Shown here one piece after another: positions 17,915-28,717 of a stretch of DNA of 64,000 nucleotides. The stretch is from Desulfarculaceae bacterium. GTDB lineage: Bacteria > Desulfobacterota > Desulfocorpusculales > Desulfocorpusculum. The notes under the pieces were generated by a model. That model saw only the letters and a program-made list of their open reading frames with translations. It was not told the origin of the DNA and did not search any database. Both the position numbers and the translations under genes were made by a program. Within the stretch, counting starts at the first letter, position 1, and each line of letters opens with the position of its first letter. The stretch covers positions 11,816-75,815 of the forward strand of contig JBBIOJ010000003.1 in NCBI GenBank assembly GCA_037443445.1, in the 5' to 3' direction.

Positions 17915-20900
17915 ATGCCGAAGCGCACCGATATCAGCAACGTCATGATCATAGGTTCCGGGCCCATAGTGATAGGCCAGGCATGCGAGTTCGACTATTC
18001 CGGAACACAGGCTTGTAAAGCCTTGAGGAGACTGGGATATAGGATAGTACTTGTGAATTCCAATCCTGCCACGATCATGACGGATCCGGGAATGGCCGAC
18101 ATTACTTACGTGGAACCTCTCACCCCGGAAGCCTTAGAACAAATCATTCAAAAAGAGAAACCCGATGCCATACTGCCCAATTTGGGAGGGCAGACAGGAT
18201 TGAACCTGACATCCGAGCTTCACAGAAGAGGGGTTTTGGAAAAGTACGGGGTCAAGGTCATAGGCGTTGCCGTGGATGCAATAGAAAGAGGGGAGGACAG
18301 GATAGCATTCAAACAGACAATGGCGCGTCTCAATATAGATGTACCCAGGAGCGAGCCTGCCTACACGATTGAAGAAGCGCTTCGAATAGCGGAAAAGTTG
18401 GGCTATCCGGTGGTTGTTCGCCCGGCTTACTGTTTGGGTGGAACAGGGGGGGGGCTTGGTTTACAACGTAGAGGAACTGAAGGTCGTGGCAGCCAGAGGT
18501 CTAAGTGCCAGCATGGTAGGGCAGATTCTGGTAGAGGAGTCCGTTGAGGGCTGGGAGGAGCTGGAGCTGGAAGTTGTGAGAGACGCCAAGAATCAGATGA
18601 TCACCGTCTGCTTCATAGAGAACGTGGATGCCATGGGAGTGCATACTGGCGACTCCTTTTGCGTGGCACCCATGCTAACCATAGATCCTGAGCTGCAACA
18701 AAGACTCCAGAAGCACTCCTACAATATCGTGGAGGCCATCAAGGTCATTGGGGGAACAAATATCCAGTTCGCCCACGACCCCAAGACAGGACGGCTGGTG
18801 GTAATAGAGATAAACCCCAGAACCTCAAGGTCTTCCGCCTTGGCCTCCAAGGCCACGGGTTTTCCCATCGCTTTCGTATCTTCCCTATTGGCGGCTGGAC
18901 TCACCCTTGACGAAATTCCCTATTGGAGAGAAGGCACCCTGGATAAGTACACCCCCTGCGGGGATTACGTGGTGGTGAAATTCGCCAGATGGGCTTTCGA
19001 GAAGTTCAAGGATGCTCATGACAGGCTTGGGACTCAGATGCGGGCGGTAGGGGAGGTCATGAGCATAGGGAAGAATTACAAAGAGGCCCTTCAAAAGGCC
19101 ATCCGCTCCCTGGAGATAGGCCGGCACGGGCTTGGCTTTGCAAAGGATTTCCACCTCCGAGGTCTGGAAGAACTAATGGACATGCTCTCTGAGCCAACCA
19201 GTGAGAGGCAGTTCCTGATGTACGAGGCCCTCAGAAAAGGTGCCTCGGTAGAAGCGCTTTACAGAAAAACTTACATCAAGCCTTGGTTTATAGAGCAGAT
19301 GAAGGAACTGGTGGAGTTGGAGGAAATGCTCCTTAAGTTCAAAGGGAAGGAGGTTCCTGATGAACTCCTGAGACGGGCCAAGAAAGATGGTTTTTCTGAC
19401 AAGTACCTATCTAAGTTGCTAGGGACTCCCGAGTTGGAGATACGCGAAAAAAGGAAGGCCGTTGGGGTTGTTCAAGGTTACGAAGCAGTGCCTGTAAGCG
19501 GGGTGGAGAAGGGAGCTTACTATTTTCCCACCTATAACGCCCCCGATGCGGTCCCGGTCAGCTCCAGACCCAAGGTGATGGTCTTGGGCGGAGGCCCCAA
19601 CCGAATAGGTCAGGGGATAGAGTTCGACTATTGTTGCGTGCACGCAGCCTTCGCCCTTAAAGACGAGGGGTACGAAGCCATCATGGTGAACTGTAATCCC
19701 GAGACCGTCTCCACCGACTACGACACCTCGGACCGCCTGTACTTTGAGCCTCTTACAGGAGAGGACGTTCTAGGTGTTTACGAAAAGGAGAAACCTCAAG
19801 GGGTCATAGTACAGTTCGGGGGGCAGACTCCCCTTAACATTGCAAGAGAGCTAGCCGAGCAGGGAGTCCGAATATTGGGCACTTCCTACGAGTCCATAGA
19901 TTTGGCTGAGGACAGGGACCGGTTCAGGCAAATGATGAGCAGACTGGGCATACCACAGCCCGCCTCGGGCATGGCCAGTTCTATGAGTGAAGCCCTGGAA
20001 GTGGCAAACAAAATAGGTTACCCCCTCATGGTCCGCCCATCCTATGTTTTGGGAGGCCGGGGCATGGAAGTTGTCCATGACCGCGCAATGTTGGAAACAT
20101 ACGTTGCAGAGACTGTGGGTGTCACACCCGAACGTCCCATTCTGATAGACAGGTTCTTGGAGGATGCCATCGAGGCGGAGGCCGATGCCATATCAGACGG
20201 AAAGGAGGCCTTCGTGCCTGCTGTGATGGAGCATATAGAGTTGGCCGGGATTCATTCCGGGGACTCTGCCTGCGTTATACCCCCGGTGAGCATTCCTCCA
20301 AAGCACATGGAGACGATCCAAGAATATACCCGCCGCATAGCCGTAGAACTAAATGTGGTGGGCCTCATGAACATACAGTACGCCATATACCGAGACACGG
20401 TTTTCGTGCTGGAGGCCAATCCCCGAGCTTCCAGAACAGTGCCTCTGGTGTCAAAGGTTTGCGGCATCCCCATGGCAAGACTAGCCACCAACGTGATGAT
20501 GGGGAAACGTATCTCGGAGTTCCCCCTCCAGCTCCCCAGAATAGCTCACTACGGGGTTAAGGAATCGGTTTTCCCTTTCAACATGTTTCCGGAGGTGGAT
20601 CCGGTGCTGGGCCCGGAGATGCGCTCCACGGGAGAAGTGTTGGGCTTGGCCGAGTCTTTTGGCCTAGCCTTTTACAAGTCCCAGGAGGCGGCCCAGCAAC
20701 GGTTGCCTCTCAAAGGCACAGTGCTCATCACCGTGTCGCCTCAGGACAGGCCCGCAGTGCTGGAGGTGGCCAGGCGTTTCCAGGACCTGAACTTTCGCAT
20801 CCTGGCCACCCAGGGCACTCAGAGTTTCTTGGCCGAGCACTCCATCAAAGCCGAGCGAATCCTGAAGATGCACGAGGGAAGGCCTAACATAATAGATGGG

Positions 20901-21119
20901 ATAAAGAATGGAGATATTCAACTGGTCATAAACACCCCTAGTGGGAAGCTGAGCTCCTATGACGACTCCTACATTCGAAAGGCAGCTATCCGCTATAGAG
21001 TGCCCTACATTACGACTCTGGCGGCTGCCATGGCGGCGGCAAAAGGAATCGAGGCCTGTCTGGAGAAGAATTGGTCTGTGAGATCTCTCCAAAGCTTTCA
21101 TCGTGGGGAAGAGGCTTAG
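17915..21119 (+). CDS. carB: Carbamoyl-phosphate synthase large subunit CarB, reading frame interrupted by a +1 frameshift in a G9 homopolymer (18446-18454)
   Basis: N-terminal part ([30 protein letters not shown]...[15 protein letters not shown]) is in the 17819 frame. The remainder ([11 protein letters not shown]... to ...FHRGEEA) is in the 18414 frame. The two join cleanly if one G of the G9 run is removed. Combined length is about 1068 aa, typical for CarB. Confidence 0.85.
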
Positions 21120-21151
21120 TCCCTAGGGCACATAAGAGACTAGCCTACTTC

Positions 21152-21210
21152 ATTGTCCCACTCGGGCCATGGGAGAAGAACCTTTGCCTTGAAAAGAAGG
21201 CTTTGGCCCG
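21152..21210 (+). repeat. Copy B of the same conserved element immediately downstream of carB
   Basis: ATTGTCCCACTCGGGccATGGGAGAAgAACCtttGCCTTgaaaagaaggCTTTGGcccg aligns with copy A. Confidence 0.6.
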
Positions 21211-21374
21211 CATTATCCATTGAGCGTCAATGATTCAGCCTGGCTTTGGAGTCTGGGCAGGTTGTGAGCTTTCCAACATGAAGGGGCTTGCCGAATTCTC
21301 AGGGCCAGCATATTGTGAAGTCATATTCAATGACTCACCTTTTGTGAGTAGTTCTGGCCAAGAGGAGACAGATA

Positions 21375-21722
21375 TTGGACGGGTCATCCCGTTTCCCGGC
21401 TCGCGGATCGGCATATCAGGGGGATGATTGGGTTTCTCCTGAGTTCTTGAAAAGGGAAAGACAGCGCGCCAGAGAGCTTCGCCAGAGTGCATGGTGGAAA
21501 CGAAAGCTGGCCAAAGGTGATTGTTATTACTGCCGCAGAAGATTCCCACCCGGGGAGCTCACCATGGATCATCTGGTGCCGCTGGTCAGGGGGGGAAGGA
21601 GCACCAAGAGCAATTGCGTGCCTTGTTGCAAGGAGTGCAATACAAAGAAGAACACCCTTCTCCCGCTGGAGTGGGAGGAATATCTGCACCGGCTTCAAGA
21701 GGAAGGGGAAAGGGTCCTATGA
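21375..21722 (+). CDS. HNH endonuclease-family small protein
   Basis: Motif CYYCRRRF...MDHLVPLVRGGRSTKSNCVPCCKECNTKK (Cys4 plus His-Asn-His). The tracked ORF starts at TTG; the true start is uncertain and may be the downstream TTG at EFLKRER. Confidence 0.65.
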   Translation: MDGSSRFPARGSAYQGDDWVSPEFLKRERQRARELRQSAWWKRKLAKGDCYYCRRRFPPGELTMDHLVPLVRGGRSTKSNCVPCCKECNTKKNTLLPLEWEEYLHRLQEEGERVL

Positions 21723-21743
21723 CACCTTCCCCCCAGGCCCCCA

Positions 21744-22817
21744 TCAGGTGACAGGTTCCACCCAGCCGTGGGGATCCGGGCGGGTCCCATACTGGATGGC
21801 CTGTAGTTCCTCATAGAGCTTCAGAGAAAGCTCCCCCACCTTCCCTTGGTTGATCTTGTACACCTCCCCCCGGTAACAGATCTCTCCCACAGGGGAGATC
21901 ACCGCTGCAGTGCCCGTGGCAAACATTTCCTGGAGGCGGCCTAGTCGGATGCCGTCTATAAGCTCTTGCACGGGCACTGGGCGTTCCCTCACAGGGATCC
22001 ACCAGTCCCTGGCCAACTGAATAACAGAATCCCTTGTTATGCCTGGCAGGATGCTACCCCCCAGAGGAGGAGTCAGGAGTTCGTCTTCCATGAGGAAGAA
22101 GATGTTGCTCGTGCCAACCTCCTCCACATACTTCTGGTTCACCGCATCCAGCCACAACACCTGGGTGTATCCGTTCTTGTGGGCCTCCTCCATGGCCAGG
22201 AGGCTGGCTGCGTAATTCCCGCAGGTCTTGGCTTCCCCCACCCCCCCGCGCACAGCCCTCACGTACCTGTCTTCCACCAGAATCTTGGTGGGATTGAACC
22301 CTTGGGGATAATAAGCCCCTACGGGTCCAGTCATTATGTAGAAAAGGTAGTCTGGGGAGACCTTCACCCCCAGTGCCGCCTCGGTGGCTATCATGGTGGG
22401 TCTGATGTAGAGGGATGCCCCTGGGGTGCGCGGGACCCATTCCTGATCCAGCACCAGGAGTTTCTTGAGCGCCTCCAGTGCAAACTCCACATCCAGCTCG
22501 GGCATGCACAGCCTGCGGGCCGAGCGGTTCAACCTCCTGAAGTTGTCCCTTGGCCTGAAAAGCTGAATCCCTCCGTCTGGCCGCCTGTAAGCTTTGAGGC
22601 CCTCGAAGACCTGCTGGCCATAATGGAGCACCAAGGCAGCCGGGTCCAAAGAGAGGGGCGCGTAAGGTTCTATGCGGGGATTCTGCCATCCGCCTCCTGC
22701 CCTGTAATCCATGAGAAAGATGTGGTCCGAGAAGTGCACACCAAATCCCAGCTTGGTTTCATCCTGGGGTTTAGGCTTGCACTGGGAAGGCTCTGCCTGT
22801 CTGATTTTTATCTCCAT
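21744..22817 (-). CDS. ilvE: Branched-chain amino acid aminotransferase (class IV, IlvE)
   Basis: 357 aa with full-length IlvE similarity (GLKAYR..., LYIRP, EAKTCGNYAASLLA, VEEVGTSNIFF). Confidence 0.9.
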   Translation of the reverse strand: MEIKIRQAEPSQCKPKPQDETKLGFGVHFSDHIFLMDYRAGGGWQNPRIEPYAPLSLDPAALVLHYGQQVFEGLKAYRRPDGGIQLFRPRDNFRRLNRSARRLCMPELDVEFALEALKKLLVLDQEWVPRTPGASLYIRPTMIATEAALGVKVSPDYLFYIMTGPVGAYYPQGFNPTKILVEDRYVRAVRGGVGEAKTCGNYAASLLAMEEAHKNGYTQVLWLDAVNQKYVEEVGTSNIFFLMEDELLTPPLGGSILPGITRDSVIQLARDWWIPVRERPVPVQELIDGIRLGRLQEMFATGTAAVISPVGEICYRGEVYKINQGKVGELSLKLYEELQAIQYGTRPDPHGWVEPVT

Positions 22818-22900
22818 AGTACTGAACGCTCCTTAAGCTTGAGATTTAGTCCATGACCCTCCAGTCTCAACAGAAGCTGAAATCAAAGGCTGCTTCCCTT

Positions 22901-23854
22901 TCAGTCGTATGCGGTCCCCCTCAGTTCCTCCACATACCTGGCTGCAGCCCGGGCGGCCGTGGCTCCGTCCCCACAGGCAGTGACAACCTGCCGCAGCAGC
23001 TTGCGCCGGGCGTCCCCGCAGGCAAAGACCCCTGGCAAAGATGTGCGCATGTCCTCGTCGGTGAGGATGTAGCCTCTCTGGTCCATTTCCACCAGGCCTT
23101 TGAGAAAAGCCGTGTTGGGGACCATTCCCACGAAAATGAAAACCCCGGAGCAGGGTTTTTCCCACCTGCGGCCCGAGGGCAACTCCCTGATCCTGACGCC
23201 TTGCACTCCCTGGGCCCCGCCCTCTATGGCTTCCACCACGGAGTTCCACACGAATTCCATCTTGGGATTTGAAAGGGCCCTTTGCTGTACAACAGGTGAT
23301 GCCCTGAGCCTGTCCCTGCGGTGGATGAGTGTGACCCTGGAGGCCATCTTGGTCAGGTAAGTGCCTTCCTCCACGGCGGTGTCCCCTCCTCCCACCACTA
23401 CCACCTCCTGGTCTCTGAAAAAAGGGCCGTCGCACGTTGCGCAGTAAGAAACCCCTCTGCCCCTGAATTCCTCCTCCCCAGGCACTCCCAGACGGTTCCA
23501 GTCAGCCCCCATGGCCAGTATCACGGCTCTTGCATGCTGAATTCCCTCGCTGCTCACCAGCTGGAAAGACTTGGGCTCACCTTCCATGACCCGTAGGGCC
23601 TGAACATCACCCTGGAGCACCTGTAGCCCGAACTTCCTGGCCTGTTGCTCCATGCGCTGCGAGAGCTCGATGCCCGAGACCCCATCCGGAAATCCAGGGT
23701 AGTTCTCCACCCACTCGGTGGTGGCCACCTGCCCGCCTGAAACCATGCGCTCCAAGAGAAGCGTTTTCATGGCGTCGCGCACAGCGTACAGACCCGCAGT
23801 CAGCCCTGCCGGGCCACCCCCCACTATGACTATGTCCCACAGGATTTCAGACAC
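22901..23854 (-). CDS. trxB: Thioredoxin-disulfide reductase TrxB
   Basis: DIVIVGGGPAGLTAG FAD motif, redox-active CATCDG, and a second (NADPH) Rossmann motif. 317 aa. Confidence 0.9.
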   Translation of the reverse strand: MSEILWDIVIVGGGPAGLTAGLYAVRDAMKTLLLERMVSGGQVATTEWVENYPGFPDGVSGIELSQRMEQQARKFGLQVLQGDVQALRVMEGEPKSFQLVSSEGIQHARAVILAMGADWNRLGVPGEEEFRGRGVSYCATCDGPFFRDQEVVVVGGGDTAVEEGTYLTKMASRVTLIHRRDRLRASPVVQQRALSNPKMEFVWNSVVEAIEGGAQGVQGVRIRELPSGRRWEKPCSGVFIFVGMVPNTAFLKGLVEMDQRGYILTDEDMRTSLPGVFACGDARRKLLRQVVTACGDGATAARAAARYVEELRGTAYD

Positions 23855-23899
23855 CTCCCGGTTCTCCTCCCACCTGGGAAACCTTCAACGGGTGTCCCC

Positions 23900-24229
23900 T
23901 TACAGGGCCTTCTGGAGCATGGCCTCTATCTGGCCCTTTGGCACAGCTCCCACTATCTGGTCCACAGCCTCTCCGTTCTTGAACAAAATAAGAGTTGGAA
24001 TTCCGCGTATTCCGTACTTGCCTGGGGTCACGGGATTGTTGTCAACGTTCATCTTGGCCACCTTGATGCGGCCTTGATACTGCTGTGCCAGTTCCTCCAC
24101 AATGGGGCCCACAACCCGACAAGGCCCACACCAGGGAGCCCAGAAATCCACCAACACGGGGGTAGAGGACTGTAAGATCTCCGCCTCAAAACTGGCGTCA
24201 CTCAGCTCTGTCAAATTTTCGGCTGCCAT
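23900..24229 (-). CDS. trxA: Thioredoxin TrxA
   Basis: WAPWCGPC active site and typical thioredoxin fold. 109 aa. Confidence 0.9.
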   Translation of the reverse strand: MAAENLTELSDASFEAEILQSSTPVLVDFWAPWCGPCRVVGPIVEELAQQYQGRIKVAKMNVDNNPVTPGKYGIRGIPTLILFKNGEAVDQIVGAVPKGQIEAMLQKAL

Positions 24230-24328
24230 CTTGTCTCTTCTCCTTCAGTAGGGTTGAAGTGATGAAGGATCCTCGCCTTCTTGGGGCTCGGATCCTTGTT
24301 AGCTGGTAACACACGGGCCCAGGGATTG

Positions 24329-25696
24329 TCAATACCCTTCGGCCACTTCCATCCTGCTTGTGTAGTCTTCAAAAGTGGCGAACTGGGGCAGGAAAGTCAA
24401 AGTCACCTTTCCGGTGGGACCGTTTCTGTGTTTTCCCACTATGATGTCCGCTGTGCCCTTCTTGGGGTTGTCGGGGCTCTTGTTGTACACCTCGTCCCTG
24501 TATATGAAAAGGATCAGATCCGCATCCTGCTCTATTGCCCCTGACTCCCTCAGATCGGAGAGCTGGGGGATCTTGTCTCCTCTCTCCTCAACTCTTCGAT
24601 TCAACTGGGAGAGTGCCATGACAGGAACGCCGAGTTCCTTGGCCAAGGCTTTCAAGGACCTTGAGATCTCAGAGATTTCCTGCTCCCTGCTTCTTTCAGG
24701 GCCCTGTCGGCCCCTCATGAGCTGCAAGTAATCCACTATGATCAGGCCAACGTTGCGCTCTGCCTTGAGCCTCCTGGCCTTTGCCCTCATCTCCAGGGCG
24801 GAGATGCCTGGGGTGTCATCCACGAAGATGGGGCTTTCACTCAGAACTCCGGCCGCAGTTGTAAGACGCGGGAAATCCGAGTCTCTCAGCATGCCTTTTC
24901 GCAACAGGGATCCGTCCACCTGGGCCTCGGCGCAAAGAAGTCTCAAGGCTATTTGCTCCTTGGACATCTCCAAGGAAAACAAGGCCACCGGTATGTTCTC
25001 CACCACCGCAGCATGCCTTGCCACATCCAGGCAAAAGGCTGTCTTGCCCATGCTGGGTCTTGCTGCCACCACTATGAGATCCGAGGGTTGGAACCCAGAG
25101 GTGATGGTGTCCAAATCCACCCATCCGGAAGGGACCCCTGTTATCATAGACTTGCGTTCATAGAGCTTTTCAATTGTCTCGAAGCTGGAGCGGATGATCT
25201 CCTGAATGCTGAAAAATGCCTTGCGGGTCCTGTCCTCGGCCACCTCGAAAATTGAACGCTCTACCTCGTCCAAGAACTGCTCCAGGTCTGTTGGATCCTC
25301 GTAGCACTGCTTGAGGATGTCCGAGGCCTTGCGCATGAGACGGCGCAGCACAGCCTTCTCGCGCACTATCTTGGCATAATAGGAGGCGTTTGCTGCTGTG
25401 GGGACCTGTTCCACCAGGAGGGTCAGGTAGTCTGTGCCTCCGGCTGCCTCCAGCTGGCCTTTGGAGCGGAGCAAATTGGAGAGGGTCACCAGGTCCGCAG
25501 GCTCGCTTCTCTCGAAGCACTCCAGCATCCTCTCATAGATCAGCCGGTGCGCGTCCCTGTAAAAATCCTCAGGATCCAGCACCTCCATGACCTTCAGGAG
25601 GGTCTCATTGTCAAGAAGTATGGCTCCCAATACCGAGCGCTCTGCCTCCAAGTGGTGGGGGGGTACCTTCAAGCTGGAAGGTTCTCGTGCGCCCAT
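24329..25696 (-). CDS. dnaB: Replicative DNA helicase DnaB
   Basis: N-terminal LEAERSVLGAILLD, Walker A ARPSMGKTAF, and RecA-like C-terminal domain. 455 aa. Confidence 0.9.
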   Translation of the reverse strand: MGAREPSSLKVPPHHLEAERSVLGAILLDNETLLKVMEVLDPEDFYRDAHRLIYERMLECFERSEPADLVTLSNLLRSKGQLEAAGGTDYLTLLVEQVPTAANASYYAKIVREKAVLRRLMRKASDILKQCYEDPTDLEQFLDEVERSIFEVAEDRTRKAFFSIQEIIRSSFETIEKLYERKSMITGVPSGWVDLDTITSGFQPSDLIVVAARPSMGKTAFCLDVARHAAVVENIPVALFSLEMSKEQIALRLLCAEAQVDGSLLRKGMLRDSDFPRLTTAAGVLSESPIFVDDTPGISALEMRAKARRLKAERNVGLIIVDYLQLMRGRQGPERSREQEISEISRSLKALAKELGVPVMALSQLNRRVEERGDKIPQLSDLRESGAIEQDADLILFIYRDEVYNKSPDNPKKGTADIIVGKHRNGPTGKVTLTFLPQFATFEDYTSRMEVAEGY

Positions 25697-25985
25697 GAGA
25701 ATGCCTCTTGCCCTGATGATTCAACGTGGGCCGGGTCATTGGGCCCAGGCCCGGGGTGCTCCTAGATGTTCGGAACCAAACCTTTTCTAAGGTAGTGCCG
25801 CACGCGCAGAGTGTTTTCAGTTACAGCCGCCTAAGTATGAGCGGATTTAATGGCTAGCCTGAATTAGCCAAGGTTTCTGAACGGTGCAGGCCAGGGAAAT
25901 CCCGCTTTTTTTGGGCAGGGCACACAGCAAGTCCAGAGACCTGCACCTGCCTTCCTGCATCATTCAATTCCTTGGCCAATGTGCC

Positions 25986-26429
25986 TCAGGCACGAATCAC
26001 CTTCACCTTCAGTTGCGCCGTGATCTCGGGGTGCAGCTTCACAGGGATCTGGAACTCACCCAGGCTTTTTATGGGTTCTGGAAGTTGGATACGTCTTCGA
26101 TCCACCTCAAGCCCCTGTTCTCTCAGGGCTCTTTCCAGATCCATGGAGGTGACCGAACCGAACAGCTTGTCCGCCTCCCCGGCCTGTCTGGACAGAGCCA
26201 GCTCGAGATGCTGGATCCGGTCGGCCAAGGCCTGGGCCGCTGCCTTGGCCTTGTCCCTCGCGGCCTCTATCTGTTTTCGCATTTGTTCGAACCTCTGGAG
26301 GTTCTGAGGGGTTGCCGGAAGAGCCTTTTTCCTGGGTATCAAGTAGTTACGGGCAAAGCCGTCTTTGACCTGGAGAACCTGACCCGCCGAACCCAAGCCC
26401 GGATCGTCTGCAATCAGTATGACCTTCAT
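25986..26429 (-). CDS. rplI: 50S ribosomal protein L9
   Basis: MKVILIADDPGLG...YLIPRKKA N-terminal domain plus L9 C-terminal domain. 147 aa. Confidence 0.9.
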   Translation of the reverse strand: MKVILIADDPGLGSAGQVLQVKDGFARNYLIPRKKALPATPQNLQRFEQMRKQIEAARDKAKAAAQALADRIQHLELALSRQAGEADKLFGSVTSMDLERALREQGLEVDRRRIQLPEPIKSLGEFQIPVKLHPEITAQLKVKVIRA

Positions 26430-26442
26430 GAACTCCTCTCCC

Positions 26443-27306
26443 TCATGCTTGGAGGGTGGGCCTGGCCCACCTCTTCCTGAAATCGAACCACAGGTCGAAA
26501 AGCCCTAAGGCTGCAACTGCCAAGAGCAATACCTGCTGGAAAAAAACAAAGGCGTAAACCACGCCCCTCAGAAAAGGGGGCACTCCCCTCTGTCTGAACA
26601 GATTGGAAAGCACTGCCACGCCCTGCAATAGATGCACAGAACCCATGAACAGCACAAGATTCATCCCCACGGCCCCGGAGATCTCCACGGGCACCAGAAG
26701 CAGCAGCCCACCCAGGATGGTAACCCAGACCCAGTGGTAAGGAATCCCCCATTCATCCAGCCTCTCGGGCCCGGGCCTGTCTGCAGCCCAAATCAGTGAA
26801 AACCTCCTGCAAACCAGCAAAGTCCACCATTGAAGAAGCAAGTTCGTGGAAGCGAAGATTCCAGGCAACAGGACCACCAGCAACCTGGAGATGCGGGAAA
26901 TCCCCTCCTGCATCCTGCCCATTTCTTCCCTGCCCACGGCTCCCTGAGCATACAGCTCGAATACCTGTCTGAAGGCTGTCTCCACGCTCTGAGTCAAGAG
27001 GCTCCAAGGGGTTTCTGCCCGCTGCAGGGACCAGATCCCCAGGAGGGAGATCTGCAAGACTAGAGAAACCAACACAGCGCTCCCCATGGCCCTGTTGAGG
27101 GTCCAGGAACGCCTCATGACCTCTCCCAAGACAAGCCCTTGGGCTGCCCACTGGCCTGACCACAGGGCGCCCCCAACACCTGCCTGGGACATTGTGTTGG
27201 TCAAGACCAATCCCAGGCCCAAGACCCCAAGCCCTCGGAGCCGTCCCAGGTGGGTGTACAGGAAGGCTCCCAAGACCGGGAGAAAAGGGAACATCAACAT
27301 TCGCAA
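26443..27306 (-). CDS. DUF2232-family integral membrane protein (YybS-like)
   Basis: Polytopic membrane protein located between rpsR and rplI, the conserved position of DUF2232 genes. Confidence 0.6.
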   Translation of the reverse strand: MRMLMFPFLPVLGAFLYTHLGRLRGLGVLGLGLVLTNTMSQAGVGGALWSGQWAAQGLVLGEVMRRSWTLNRAMGSAVLVSLVLQISLLGIWSLQRAETPWSLLTQSVETAFRQVFELYAQGAVGREEMGRMQEGISRISRLLVVLLPGIFASTNLLLQWWTLLVCRRFSLIWAADRPGPERLDEWGIPYHWVWVTILGGLLLLVPVEISGAVGMNLVLFMGSVHLLQGVAVLSNLFRQRGVPPFLRGVVYAFVFFQQVLLLAVAALGLFDLWFDFRKRWARPTLQA

Positions 27307-27444
27307 AGGCAGAGGAGCCCAGCCAAAGGCAAAAAAAAACCTGTGCTGATCCCCAGGGCAAGACCCAACATACCCCCTCCGGGGGAAACCGGCCAGGCCT
27401 CTGGCTTGTTCTCCTGCTCTGCCATGAAACCTTCCCCCCAGCGC

Positions 27445-27687
27445 TCAAAGCACAAGAGTTGTGTAAGGCATCAGGGCCAGGTGCCTGGCTCTCTTTATGG
27501 CCTGGGTTAGAGCCCGCTGATGTTTTGCGCAGTTCCCGCTTATGCGGCGCGGCACTATCTTGCCCCTCTCTGTGGTGAAGAACCTTAGCGTCTTGATGTC
27601 CTTGTAATCGATCAACAGGGACTTGTCCGCACAGAAACGGCATACCTTCCTGCGACCGAACCCCCTCCTTCCTTTAGGAGCTGGCAT
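27445..27687 (-). CDS. rpsR: 30S ribosomal protein S18
   Basis: [60 protein letters not shown]. Start placed at MPAPKGRR. Confidence 0.9.
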   Translation of the reverse strand: MPAPKGRRGFGRRKVCRFCADKSLLIDYKDIKTLRFFTTERGKIVPRRISGNCAKHQRALTQAIKRARHLALMPYTTLVL

Positions 27688-27951
27688 GGCGAAACGAACC
27701 TCCTTGACTACAAACAATTTGACTTCTCAGTCCCCTAGGTGCAACCCTGGAGGCTCAGCCCAGTTGCCCGGCCAAAGCCGGCCACCTGGGGAGTTCATGC
27801 CTCCGATCCCGCGGGATACTTCAAGACTTGCTGGGCCAAAGTTCCCCTTAAGGCTCTCGCGCACACCCAGGCGGTTTTCAAGCAGAGTCACTTTGGCTCA
27901 ATCAACTCGAATAGTTTGCCTTCGTTTTCCACTGGCCCTGAACAGTGAAGG

Positions 27952-28383
27952 CTAGGACTCTGTAACCTGCGGCTGGGGGGATGCCTCCGGCTCTTGTGGC
28001 TGCTGCGCCAGGGCCGCCTCAGCAACCGGCTCTTCCTCTGGAGAACCCTGGCCGGGCCCGGCCTGGGTCAGGCTAGCCTTCACAGCATCCACGTCCACCT
28101 CTTCGTCCACCATGACGGTCAGGAACCGAAGCACATTGTCCTCCAACCGCAGGAGCCTTTCCACCTCTGTCACGGCCGAAGGGGTGGCAGCATAATCCAA
28201 GAAGGTGTAATGACCTCTGCTTTGCTTGCGGATGTCGTAAGCCAGCCTTTTCTTGCCCCAGTCCTGAACTTGGAAGAGCTCCCCCTGATTCTGTATGGGC
28301 CCAAGAGCCTTGTGGAGAACCCTTAGCTGTTCTTCCTCTGATAGGTCGGGATTTGTGATGAAGATGGTCTCGTAGCGTCTCAC
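27952..28383 (-). CDS. rpsF: 30S ribosomal protein S6 with acidic C-terminal extension
   Basis: MRRYETIFITNPDLSEEE...HYTFLDY. Confidence 0.9.
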   Translation of the reverse strand: MRRYETIFITNPDLSEEEQLRVLHKALGPIQNQGELFQVQDWGKKRLAYDIRKQSRGHYTFLDYAATPSAVTEVERLLRLEDNVLRFLTVMVDEEVDVDAVKASLTQAGPGQGSPEEEPVAEAALAQQPQEPEASPQPQVTES

Positions 28384-28717
28384 TGGTGCGCCTCCCCGTG
28401 GTCTTAGGCCCCGGCTGCCACCGGAGCGAGGAGAGAGAGCCTGTGGAGCAGGCTTTTCCTCTCGTGTGAGTGGCTATTCTTACACGAATTCGCGGCGCTT
28501 TCAAGCCTTCTGGGCCCGGACCCATTCCTTAAGTCCTTTCAAGGCCCAAACCTGGAGGCACATTCCTTGTCCTGGGGCCCCGAGCTCTTAAACCCGCCTG
28601 CCCTGGTTCCATGAGCTCAAGAAGGTGGAAGAAGATTCATTAGTCAGACCGCATTATCCACTGCCTGGAGTGAAGCAGGCCTGGAACTCTTTGGATATCC
28701 AAGCTCCAAGTCCCTTT

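Noticed and set aside
26753-27643. 296-aa minus-strand ORF
   Set aside because: Overlaps both the DUF2232 membrane protein gene and rpsR in other frames. The ribosomal and membrane protein calls are far better supported.
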